Shown here one piece after another: positions 1 to 11,539 of a stretch of 64,000 bases of DNA. Numbering within the stretch: the stretch's first letter is position 1; every line of letters begins with the position of its first letter. Under the pieces are notes generated by a model. The model was not told the origin of the DNA, ran no database searches, and saw only the letters and a program-made list of their open reading frames with translations. This DNA is from Macrostomum hystrix (taxonomy: Eukaryota; Animalia; Platyhelminthes). The translations under genes and the position numbers were made by a program. Where the stretch lies: the NCBI GenBank assembly GCA_950097015.1, contig CATNEN010000038.1:21948001-22012000 (forward strand), written 5' to 3'.

Positions 1-224
1 TTGCACCGTTCTCGTTTGTGACACATTTCACTTAATTAAAGCGCAGAAATTTATTTTTGTTGTATTTGTCATCATTGTTAATTATTCTCTTATTAAAAAA
101 AAACAAAAATGCACCATTAAATTTTTTTTATTTCACTTTTAATCGTAATTGGATTTTAATTTTCTATATTCAGTTTTTGGCCTTACTTCAGCAACTTTTA
201 TTTTCTCGGAAAATGTTTCTTTAA

Positions 225-260
225 ATACGAGGGCTGTCCCAAAAGTAGTGTTACTTTTGA
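225..260 (+). mobile_element. Possible Tc1/mariner-type terminal repeat remnant
   Basis: TA followed by CGAGGGCTGTCCCAAAAGT resembles mariner TIR starts; no partner TIR or transposase seen. Confidence 0.25.
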
Positions 261-789
261 TTATATATTTTGCTCTGATGGTTCAAATGACGTGATTTTA
301 CACAGTCTTATAGCGCCAAGTCTCTTCTTTATATTAATTCAAATCTTTTTTTTCTAACAGACTAAGGAAAGAGAAGTTATCAACGGAAAACTAACAGGAC
401 CTCAACCATAGACTTACAGTAAATCAAAAAGCTATCGGAATTCTACGAAAGACTGAGGACACACTCTTTCAACCAAAATTTCTCAATTTCTCAATCTGCG
501 ACAAAGATATGTCTCTGGAAAAATCATAATGAAGTTATAATTTGAAAGTTGTCTCTGGAAAAGATGGAATGAAATCTTCATGTATCTCCCAGTTGCACTG
601 GTGCAGTAGTCTATGTTCTAATGTTCTAATGCAAACATAATAGTCTATGTTTGCACCGGCACAGAGTGCAAATAAACGAGAACTTTATATTTTAAAATGA
701 AATCGATTCAACATGAAATTGTAACCATTTAACAGTTGCACTTGTGCATGTCGATGTCCGTCCAGATGCACCACTGACGGCGATACACA

Positions 790-1106
790 TGGCGCATTGT
801 ATTGACGAAAAGAAATCCTTTAATGTCCCAGCGGAGTAGCGACCGTTGCGCTTTGTCCTCAGCTCAAGAATGAAACTTTTCATTAGAAAGTTCTAATCGG
901 AGAACTTCGAGAACTAATCTGCGCCTTTCAGTACCATAAGCGAGGGTCCACCGTCGGAACACCAGAGCACTTTCTTCGCCGCATTTCTACTCTTGGAAAG
1001 TAGAAAACATCCAGCGACATTTCTTTAGCGTGTTTGTTGGAACCGTTCCTTCGATGAGTGAACTGACTTCTTCGTCAGTCAGATTGACAAATCTTTCGGT
1101 AGCCAT
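790..1106 (-). pseudogene. Decayed N-terminus of a Crypton-A/DUF3504-associated (ZMYM/KCTD1/QRICH1-like) tyrosine recombinase protein
   Basis: Hand translation from ATG 1106 gives MATERFVNLTDEEVSSLIEGTVPTNTLKKCRWMFSTFQE*; after a frameshift it reads MKSFILELRTKRNGRYSAGTLKDFFSSIQ. This matches the RF..L...E....P.NT....W....F..W and F..E.R...G..YS..TL pattern of this family. Confidence 0.55.
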
Positions 1107-1264
1107 TTTAACTAGCTAGCTAAGCCAAGCACTCGCGCTGACTCTCTTCTTTTTACGAGCGCGTCTTTCATTTAGCGGTACAGTACCTTAATGCTAGTGT
1201 CTATGGCCATTTTTGCTTTTAGCTTTGTACTTTATGCTATTCAACTGAGGGATAGATACATATA

Positions 1265-1371
1265 ATATTCCCCACTTATTCCAGTGTCTATGGCAATAAA
1301 TGCACTCGTGCATCGCTTATTGACCGCACTCAAGCATTTATTACCCTAGCCCTGGAATAAATGGGGAATAT
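1265..1371. repeat. Imperfect inverted repeat (hairpin) upstream of the Crypton-like relic
   Basis: ATATTCCCCACTTATTCCAG...GCAATAAATGC pairs with GCATTTATTAC...CTGGAATAAATGGGGAATAT. Confidence 0.8.
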
Positions 1372-1440
1372 ACATTTATGTATATGTATACCATATATAT
1401 ATATGTATACCATATCTCTCACTGGGACTTGGGACTTGGG

Positions 1441-2752
1441 AGAGGAAGGGAATTGCATTTGTGAGATGAAGGGAATAGCATTTGTGAGAGGAAGGGAATT
1501 GCATTTGTGAGAGGAAGGGAATTGCATTTGTGAGAGAAAGGGAATTGCATTTGTGAGAGGAAGGGAATTGCATTTTTGAGAGGAAGGGAATTGCATTTGT
1601 GAGATGAAGGGAATAGCATTTGTGAGAGGAAGGGAATTGCATTTGTGAGAGGAAGGGAATTGCATTTTTGAGAGGAAGGGAATTGCATTTGTGAGATGAA
1701 GGGAATTGCATTTGTGAGAGGAAGGGAATTGCATTTGTGAGATGAAGGGAATTGCATTTGCGAGATGAAGGGAATAGCATTTGTGAGAGGAAGTGAATAG
1801 CATTTGTGAGATGAAGGGAATTGCATTTGTGAGAGGAAGGGAACTGCATTTGTGAGAGGAAGGGAATTGCATTTGCGAGATGAAGGGAATTGCATTTGTG
1901 AGATGAAGGGAATTGCATTTGTGAGAGGAAGGGAATTGCATTTGTGAGATGAAGGGAATTGCATTTGTGAGAGGAAGGGAACTGCATTTGTGAGAGGAAG
2001 GGAATTGCATTTGCGAGATGAAGGGAATTGCATTTGTGAGAGGAAGGGAATTGCATTTGTGAGATGAAGGGAATTGCATTTGTGAGAGGAAGGGAATAGC
2101 ATTTGTGAGAGGAAGGGAATTGCATTTGTGAGAGGAAGGGAATTGCATTTTTGAGAGGAAGGGAATTGCATTTGTGAGATGAAGGGAATTGCATTTGTGA
2201 GAGGAAGGGAATTGCATTTGTGAGATGAAGGGAATTGCATTTGCGAGATGAAGGGAATAGCATTTGTGAGAGGAAGTGAATAGCATTTGTGAGATGAAGG
2301 GAATTGCATTTGTGAGAGGAAGGGAATTGCATTTGCGAGATGAAGGGAATTGCATTTGTGAGATGAAGGGAATTGCATTTGTGAGAGGAAGGGAATTGCA
2401 TTTGTGAGATGAAGGGAATTGCATTTGTGAGAGGAAGGGAATTGCATTTGTGAGAGGAAGGGAATTGCATTTGCGAGATGAAGGGAATTGCATTTGTGAG
2501 ATGAAGGGAATTGCATTTGTGAGAGGAAGGGAATTGCATTTGTGAGATGAAGGGAATTGCATTTGTGAGAGGAAGGGAACTGCATTTGTGAGAGGAAGGG
2601 AATTGCATTTGCGAGATGAAGGGAATTGCATTTGTGAGATGAAGGGAATTGCATTTGTGAGAGGAAGGGAATAGCATTTGTGAGAGGAAGGGAATTGCAT
2701 TTGCGAGATGAAGGGAATTGCATTTGCGAGATGAAGGGAATTGCATTTGTGA
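1441..2752. repeat. 23-bp minisatellite (GAGAGGAAGGGAATTGCATTTGT), ~57 copies
   Basis: Direct periodicity; the three long minus-strand ORFs are repeat artefacts. Confidence 0.97.
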
Positions 2753-3121
2753 CAATAAGCAGTTGTATTTAATTTTAGTTTTTTGAGTATTGAATGCGAA
2801 AATCCGAGTCACCGTGGACATTTTTTTTGCTTTGCTGCATACAAAAAATATATTTTCAGTAGGCAGGTTTCTTTACTTTGAAAACGCAACTTTATAGTTC
2901 TCTCAGACGGTTGTAAATTTTGACTGGCGCGATGTGTGGAAGAAAACATGGGATATTTTCCCATAACAAGACCCGTCTCTTAACTGCTCTACAGCCGCCT
3001 CAAGCACTGGAAAACAACAATGAACTCGTGCACAAGTTATTCTCGCTAAGTTATCAGAAAAATCTATCTGACGACAATGGACACTAGAGGCATTGAGCTC
3101 GGAACCAACAAAACTGGAGAA

Positions 3122-3673
3122 CCCGGTGGGACATTTACTATGCGCCCCTCTGTACGCCCCACTATGCGCCCTCCCGCGGGGCGCCGGTGGGGAGGCGTAT
3201 AGTTTGGCCAAGCGCCCCGCCGGCGGGGCGTATAGCCAAACCGGTGGGATTCACGCCGGTGGGAGGTGGGTGAGAAGGGTAAATTAAATTCGGGGCATAT
3301 CCTCAAAGTCTACTGTTAGTAGGCTGCGCTGTATTTTTTAAGCTTTGACTTTCCAGGTTAATAAGTTCGAGTGGAAATCATTTGAAATCATGAAACCAAC
3401 TCAGTCGTGTAGGAAATCATTTCTAGATTGATTTTCAATTGAATCCCACTCGATAAAGTGTGCTCAAATCTATTGGGACACCGATGACAGCCATATACTG
3501 CTGACATAGTCAGAGTCAAGATAAAATTTTCTAGGTGACTTTCCAGGTTAATAAGTTCGAGTGGAAATCATTTGAAATCATGAAACCAACTCAGTCGTGT
3601 AGGAAATCATTTCTAGATTGATTTTCAATTGAATCCCACTCGATAAAGTGTGCTCAAATCTATTGGGACACCG
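3122..3673 (+). repeat. Left TIR: GC-rich terminal part with repeated CCGGTGGG plus ~1.7 copies of a 190-bp unit
   Basis: Reverse complement of ~18315-18876; GACTTTCCAGG at 3347 and 3537 gives period 190. Confidence 0.92.
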
Positions 3674-3990
3674 AGCAGTAGGGTGAGAGGGAGAGCAGTA
3701 GGGTGAGAGGGAGATCAGTAGGGTGAGAGGGAGAGCAGTAGGGTGAGAGGGAGAGCAGTAGGGTGAGAGTGAGAGCAGTAGGGTGAGAGGGAGATCAGTA
3801 GGGTGAGAGGGAGAGCAGTAGGGTGAGAGGGAGAGCAGTAGGGTGAGAGGGAGAGCAGTAGGGTGAGAGGGAGATCAGTAGGGTGAGAGGGAGAGCAGTA
3901 GGGTGAGAGGGAGAGCAGTAGGGTTAGAGGGAGAGCAGTAGGGTGAGAGTGAGAGCAGTAGGGTGAGAGGGAGATCAGTAGAGTGAGAGG
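3674..3990. repeat. 20-bp minisatellite (GAGCAGTAGGGTGAGAGGGA)
   Basis: Direct periodicity, ~16 copies, abutting the truncated left 190-bp array. Confidence 0.95.
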
Positions 3991-4174
3991 AAGTGTGGTA
4001 GTTAGATGCAGTAGATTTCGCAGGAATCCGAGTTGAGTTGTATTTACGAATGTTCCCAGGTGTACAGGGAAGTCAGTTATTTAAAGTTTTAATTAATTTT
4101 ATTAATGCCATTAATGACATGATAAGTCAGAGAGAGATCAAAGAAAACAATTTAAATTTTTAGTTTCGCATTAG

Positions 4175-4280
4175 TTCCGCTCCTGCCCCAGCAGCTCCGC
4201 TCCTGCCCAGCAGCTCCGCTCCTGCCCAGTAGCTCCGCTCCTGCCCAGCAGCTCCGCTCCTGCCCCAGCAGCTCCGCTCG
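4175..4280. repeat. Short ~19-bp repeat (CAGCTCCGCTCCTGCCCAG)
   Basis: About 5 tandem copies. Confidence 0.85.
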
Positions 4281-4714
4281 CCACGCTGCCCCCTCCCTCC
4301 TGACCATGTACTTTTCATACGTATGTTTCATTTTGTTGTATGCACGCCGTATATATAAAGCGGCAATCACTTTAAATAAATAAAATTGAACATGCTCATG
4401 TAAATTTTCTATTCGTCACCGCTATAAATGGTTTACGAATATGTCTCTTCTAGTCTCATTGAATACTTTTGACGCAGCTAAAGGTACAGATTTTTTATCA
4501 ATTTCAAAGCGAATCGGTCGCACAGAGCAGCATTATTCCTGAATATGCTGAATATGCATATGAAACATGTTATAAAGCGCATTCAGAAAGGGAAAAGCCA
4601 TGATTGAAAAGACGAGTAACGGAACTACAGACATCATTTATATTGCAATGTTTTAGACTGAGAGTGTCATCATCCAAAGACAGTACGGTATACGTTTTTA
4701 AGTAAATACAAAGA

Positions 4715-6620
4715 TATACAATGAGATATAGAGAGACATGGAGAGAGATGGAGAGATATAGAGAGATATGGTGAGATATAGAAAGAGGTGAGATATAGAG
4801 AGAGATGGTGAGATATAGAGAGAGGTGAGATTTAGAGAGAGGTGAGATTTAGAGAGAGATGGAGAGATTTAGAGAGATGGAGAGAGATGGTGAGATTTAG
4901 AGAGATGGAGAGATTTAGAGAGAGGGAGAGATTTAGAGAGAGGGAGAGATTTAGAGAGAGATGAATAGATTTAGAGAGATTTAGAGAGAGATGGAGAGAT
5001 TTAGAGAGAGATGAAGAGAGATAGTGAGATTTAGAGAGAGGTGGAGAGATTTAGAGAGAGATGAAGAGATTTAGAGAGAGGGAGAGATTTAGAGAGAGAT
5101 AAAGAGATTTAGAGAGATGGAGAGAGATGGTGAGATTTAGAGAGATGTGGAGAGATTTAGAGAGATGTGGAGAGATTTAGAGAGATGGTGAGATTTAGAG
5201 AGATGGTGAGATTTAGAGAGATGTGGAGAGATTTAGAGAGAGATAAAGAGATTTAGAGAGAGGGAGAGATTTAGAGAGAGATAAAGAGATTTAGAGAGAG
5301 ATGGAGAGAGATGGTGAGATTTAGAGAGATGTGGAGAGATTTAGAGAGATGTGGAGAGATTTAGAGAGATGGTGAGATTTAGAGAGATGGTGAGATTTAG
5401 AGAGATGTGGAGAGATTTAGAGAGAGATAAAGAGATTTAGAGAGAGATGGAGAGAGATAGTGAGATTTAGAGAGAGGTGGAGAGATTTAGAGAGAGATGA
5501 AGAGACTTAGAGAGAGGGAGAGATTTAGAGAGAGATAAAGAGATTTAGAGAGAGATGAAGAGATTTAGAGAGAGGGAGAGATTTAGAGAGAGATAAAGAG
5601 ATTTAGAGAGAGATGAATAGATTTAGAGAGATGGAGAGATTTAGAGAGAGATGAAGAGATTTAGAGAGATGGAGAGAGATGGTGAGATTTAGAGAGAGGT
5701 GGAGAGAGATGAAGAGATTTAGAGAGAGATGAATAGATTTAGAGAGATGGAGAGATTTAGAGAGATTTAGAGAGAGATGGAGAGATTTAGAGAGAGATGA
5801 AGAGATTTAGAGAGATGGAGAGAGATGGTGAGATTTAGAGAGAGATGGAGAGAGATGAAGAGATTTAGAGAGAGGGAGAGATTTAGAGAGAGATAAAGAG
5901 ATTTAGAGAGAGATGAATAGATTTAGAGAGATGGAGAGATTTAGAGAGAGATGAAGAGATTTAGAGAGATGGAGAGAGATGGTGAGATTTAGAGAGAGGT
6001 GGAGAGAGATGAAGAGATTTAGAGAGAGATGAATAGATTTAGAGAGATGGAGAGATTTAGAGAGATTTAGAGAGAGATGGAGAGATTTAGAGAGAGATGA
6101 AGAGATTTAGAGAGATGGAGAGAGATGGTGAGATTTAGAGAGAGATGGAGAGAGATGAAGAGATTTAGAGAGAGGGAGAGATTTAGAGAGATGGAGAGAT
6201 TTAGAGAGAGATGAATAGATTTAGAGAGATGGAGAGATTTAGAGAGAGATGAATAGATTTAGAGAGATGGAGAGATTTAGAGAGAGATGAATAGATTTAG
6301 AGAGATGGAGAGATTTAGAGAGAGATGAATAGATTTAGAGAGATGGAGAGATTTAGAGAGAGGGAGAGATTTAGAGAGAGATGAATAGATTTAGAGAGAT
6401 GGAGAGATTTAGAGAGAGATGGAGAGATTTAGAGAGAGATGAAGAGATTTAGAGAGAGGTGGAGAGAGATGAAGAGATTTAGAGAGAGATGGAGAGAGAT
6501 AGTGAGATTTAGAGAGAGATGGAGAGATATAGAGAGAGATAGAGCGATATAGAGAGAGATGGAGAGATTTAGAGAGATGGAGAGAGATGGTGAGATATAG
6601 AGAGATGGTGGAGAGAGAGA
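4715..6620. repeat. GA-rich satellite (GAGATTTAGAGAGAGATGGA variants)
   Basis: Purine-rich ~18-22-bp units; bracketed by ~64-bp direct repeats at 4650-4713 and 6621-6684. Confidence 0.95.
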
Positions 6621-7293
6621 GTTTTAGACTTAGAGTGTCATCATGCAAAGGCAGTACGGTATACGTTTTTAAGTAAATACAAAGCACGAAAATTAGTCCA
6701 CATTTTGTCCCTGTCAAGCCACCTGCGCGCCAGTCAGTCGTCCTAGTTGTGCCAACTCCGCCAGTCGTCCCTGTCATGCCACCTGCGCCAGTTGTCCCTG
6801 TCATGCCACCTCCGCCAGTCGACCATGTCGTCGCGTAACCGGCTGACTGGTTTGCTGGAGAAATTGGAAAGTATGCACGACTAGTTGTATGTGCAAGGTT
6901 TACTGTAAAATTACATGTTTACATACACATGTACATCAATGCAGAGAATAGAGATCGAGTGAGATAGAATCCAGATGTATATGGATTGAGGTACATTAGA
7001 TTTGAGATTGTAAACGAGATGAAGCAAAGATATGAGATATGAGATGTATATGGATTGAGGTACATAATATTTGAGATTGTAAACGAGATGAAGCAAAGAT
7101 ATGAGATATGAGGGTTCTTGATGATGAGAACCTAAGATAATCGATGGATAATCGATGGATTAAAATCTAGGATGAGAATCTAGAATGATAATCTAGAATG
7201 ATAATCTAGGATGAGAATTTAAGATAATCGATGAATGAGAATCTAGGATGAGAATCTAGGATGAGACTTTTAAACAGCAAAAATGTAACTTAC

Positions 7294-7635
7294 AACACAC
7301 TGAAACTCGCGTCGCACCCGCCGCATATCTTCAGCGTTGAGCACCCTCGGTTTCAATTGCCGAATTATTTCGACAATTGTCCGTTTCTTCTGAATCAGCT
7401 TGCGGACAAAGCTTAGGCTGGGTGGCTCCAGAGTGTCATCCATGTATACCTGGAGGACTTCAGCAGCGTAGACACAGCCTGCATATTTGGCCGTGCAGTG
7501 CCACCTCTCTTCACTGTCTCTTAACAGTGACAACTCAGTTACTGTCAGACTTTTCAACTTTTCACATTCAACTAAATCACTTTCCTCAATTTCGATAACC
7601 TGCCTGTCGGCCTCGAATACGATCAAGAACTTCAT
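7294..7635 (-). CDS. First exon of a divergently oriented accessory gene in the CMC element (unknown protein, MKFLIVFEADRQ...)
   Basis: ATG-started non-repetitive ORF ending at a GTAAGT donor near 7293; TATA-like TATATTAAA upstream (~7705-7713); no recognisable family. Confidence 0.45.
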
Positions 7636-7987
7636 GGTTGCTTCAAAAGTTTGAAACTTTGAGAACGACAGGAGGTTAGGGGAGTGTAAAGATAAGCTAG
7701 AGCTTTAATATATGTCAGATCAAACTGCACGGCCCAGACAGTGGGAAGGCTCGTCGCGCGCTCATTGGTTAGTTATGAAAAATCCTCAACCACCGATAGC
7801 TACCGATTGTGCCATTGGCGCCGAATAGCTTCCGAATATTCGTATTGCAGCAGTTAAAAGTGCGTTAAAAGTGAGACTAAGACTACGACTAATACTAAGA
7901 CTGAGTCTGCGACTAAGACTAATACTGAGACTAAGACTAATACTAATATTAAGCCCAAGACTAAGACTAAGACAAAACATGCATGGC

Positions 7988-9961
7988 ATGTCGAGCAGGA
8001 GTATTAGGAGAGAGACAAACAAGAGCTTGTTGGCCATGTTTAGAGAAGAAGCTGAGAGTGAGAGGCCCAGCAGTGTCCCCTCAGCCAGTGGGCAGTCGGC
8101 AGTGGAGGGCAGTGGAGGGCAGTGGAGGGCAGTGGAGGGCAGTCGGCAAGTCAAGGCGATGTGGACATGGAGACGGAAGAAGATTTTAGTAGGGTAGAAT
8201 TCGACGAGTTTGAGCAGGAAACTCAAAGCGATGACGACATGGACAGCGAAAAGGATGAAGACAATCGGCCCTTGGAGGTAAGGCTACAGGCACTCCTTGT
8301 TTTGTTCTTTTCTACATACAACATTCCCCGTGACGCCATGGCTTTCCTACTTGCGGGTTTACGCGACATTGGTTTGCCTGTCACAAAATCTTACAAAACA
8401 TTTGAACGCCTGGCCAGAGAAAACTGTCCTACTGGTGACTTGGTGGCCATGGGAGACGGGCACTTTCGTTATATTTCTATTCTGGAGAATCTGCAGCAAC
8501 TACTTTCGAAGAATTTGTTGACACTGCGACCAGAAAATTTGCTGCATGAAGGTTCAACCAAGTGTTACAAGTTCGACGCATTTCTAAACAGTGACGGACT
8601 TCCCCTCTATCGATCCAGTACGATTAGTCTATGGCCACTCCTAATGAAAATTAAATCCGCATTCGCTAAGCCTTTTCCAGTGGCTGTTTGGGCCGGCACT
8701 TCGAAAGCCACCAGTACAGGAGTACCTGCAACAGTTTTGCCAAGAGGCAAAAAACTTTCTGTCTGGTCCAGTCAAAATCAGTGAGAAAATCAGCATCATG
8801 TTCTCCACTATTTATTTTGTCTGCGACACCCCTGCCCGCAGTTTTTTAATGTGCACTCTGGGTCACACAAGCTACTTAGGATGCAGTTACTGTCGAGCTG
8901 TGGGCTTGCGTGCTGAAGGCAGAGTGACATTTTCCGTAACTGCTGGCCAGAATAGATGTGGGGAAGCGTACCGATCCCTAGTAGAGAACAACCAGAAAAA
9001 AGACGCCACAGGAGCGGTCATCAAGTCACCACTGTTGGACCTGCCCAACATTGACTTCGTCAACTGTTTTCCTCTGGATTTTCAACATGCCGTTTGTCTG
9101 GGAGCAGTAAGGAAGTTAATGCACTTGTATTTTGGAGAAGGAGGCTGCCGCTTTAGTCGCAGGAATATGAAGTCTTTGTCGGACATCATTGCCGGTATTG
9201 CCAGCTGGACTCCGTCTAATTTCCAGAGAAGACCTCGCCGCATAGATAAGTGTCTTAACCATTTTAAGGCGACAGAGTTCAGACAAATTATTCTTTACCT
9301 GGGACCAATAATTTTTAAGGGATATGTTAAGGAACAGTTTTACAAAAATTTTCTTCTACTGCACTTCGCCGTATACTGCTATTCCACGGAAAGGTATGCT
9401 AATCTATGGGATTCAGCGAAAAGCTGCATCGAGGTATTTGTCGAACAGATGTCAAAGATATTTGGCCAAAAATCAATTAGCTACAATATTCATGCACTTC
9501 TTCACCTCGACCAGTTTTTTAGAAGGCTAGGTAACTTAAATAATTTTAGTACATTTCCATTCGAAAGCTATCTGGGAGCAATCAAGAGAAGGGTCAAAGT
9601 CACCAGGCATGTCGCCGCTCATTCAGTTTGTCAAGTACTACAAGTACGAAATATGTACCTCAGCCAGCCAGCAGAAACAACTATAGAATTCAGCACGAAG
9701 AAGGGTGACAATTGCTGCTTCGTTGGGACGGCATGCATTCATATTGATGAAGTTAAACCGGACGGCATGGTAAGTGGCAGAGTGCTCCAGGAATTCGACA
9801 ATGTCTACAACTATCCTTACGACTCTCTGGCACTTGGGATTGGAGTTTACCGCCTAACATCCGAAATCGCAACTGGCCGCCCAGGGCAAAAATGTTGGCT
9901 GCTTCCGAAAGCTCTTAGTAGACCGGCCCAAAATGACGACTTTTTTACGTCATTCCGCTAA
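7988..9961 (+). pseudogene. EnSpm/CMC-type DDE transposase, currently split by two frameshifts
   Basis: Motifs DGLPLYRSS..SLWPLL, CDTPARSF...GHTSYLGCSYC, PLDFQHAVCLG, FKATEFRQIILYLGP, YNIHALLHL, FPFESYLG. Removing one A at ~8704-8706 joins the two ORFs (GTSKPPVQEYLQQFCQE...). The N-terminus from ATG 7988 is offset by a 10-bp repeat at 8101-8140. Confidence 0.9.
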
Positions 9962-10418
9962 CGGGACAGGAAAGCTAGCCTTGTTTATCCCCTTCTACGA
10001 GTGCCACATGTTCATAAATTTTCTTATCTACTCTACACAACTCTAAACTTGGATTTGGGTTTAGCAAACAGGAAACTTTGCAAATTGTTCAGGACAGGTT
10101 TGCGCCCTTATCGACGTGAGGAGAGATAAGGAGCAAATAGTGGGAACTTGAGCCCTAGGCAGAATCCACCCACCTACGAGTATGTTGACAAAACGGCCGC
10201 CGATTTTCTGCTTCCCAAATTCGCTTGCAACTCAGACGAGCCGACCAGGGACCACAACAGACGGAGATAAGCTGAAGGGCGTTTGGTCTGGCGTGCAATA
10301 AGAAATAGGTTACTTTGTTTACCCTTGACTTTGACTTGACTTGCCTCTGGGGTGGGGCAAGGTAGCAACTTAAAATCCACTATTCTATGGAAATTCGAAG
10401 CAGATAAGACAAGTGTCC

Positions 10419-10488
10419 CCTGACTAGCTGAGTTGGCAAATAACAGTTACAGGCCTGTAACTGTTATTTGCCAACTCAACTAGTCAGG
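10419..10488. repeat. 70-bp near-perfect palindrome centred on AGGCCT
   Basis: CCTGACTAGCTGAGTTGGCAAATAACAGTTACAGG|CCTGTAACTGTTATTTGCCAACTCAACTAGTCAGG, one mismatch. Confidence 0.95.
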
Positions 10489-11539
10489 ATTTTTGCTATT
10501 TGTTACAGACATACATTTTACTGGACATAAAAAATTATCCCGTTCACAGAACTGGGTGTATGTATACTCCATTTCTTTTGGCATCATCGCATCTTAAAAT
10601 TGTACAAAAAGCACAAAAAAATTACAAATCGTTTGTCTTGGCTAAGCTGTATATATTAGACATACAATTTATCCTGTTCATACAATTGTGTCATGATAAA
10701 CTCCCGCATCATTACATCTGAAAAATAGACAGAAAAAACAATAAATTACTTTCCACATGCCCGCACACCTAGCACCTAGCACCGTAGCAAGTACCTGCAC
10801 TGTTCTTTTCGACATTCTTTTTAAACCAATATTTTACATGCGATAGTGGCTTCGACTTGGTTCTTCAGCAGCAAGCATAATTAAATAAACAAGTGATATC
10901 ACTTGGCCATAATAAGCAAAGGAAATTATAAAAAAACTAGTCTCGGGTAATCAACACCACTTCATAATTCCGAAATGTTCTCAAGAGCATAGGCTATATG
11001 CTTGCTGCTGCGGCAGGGAAGGGCCTCTTTCTCGGTTAACAAAAGACCCTGACGAACAAACCAAGAAAGGAAGCTGACTAATATTTAATTCCCTAAATTG
11101 CAGTCATGCCTCCGAGCCACGACGAGAAGGAATTGAAAAAATTCTGGAAGCTATCAATGTCAAAAGGCCTAGCTTCCGAAAAAAGTACATTTTTAAACGA
11201 AAAACAAGTTATTGTCTATATTTTTTAAATATAAAATATAATTTATGATTGAGCTGCTTGATGAGTTTTGTTTTTATGCAAACATTTAAAAACACTTTTG
11301 GGAAAATCTAGGCTAGAATCTATTACATTCATTGTCAGCGCAGGTGGAGTGAGAGTTGGAGTGGGAGAAAGAGTGAGAGGAAGAGTGAAAGGTAGAGTGA
11401 AAGTTAGAGGTAGGTAAGTATAAAATATTAGTTATAAGTGAGCTGCTTGATTAGTTTTGTTTTTAAATTAACATTTGAAAACACATTTGGGGGAATCTAG
11501 GTTGAAAACTTGAACATGACACTCGAAGTCCAGTACGCA

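Noticed and set aside
1330-2821. Three 430-480-aa minus-strand ORFs
   Set aside because: Translations of a stop-free 23-bp satellite in all three frames
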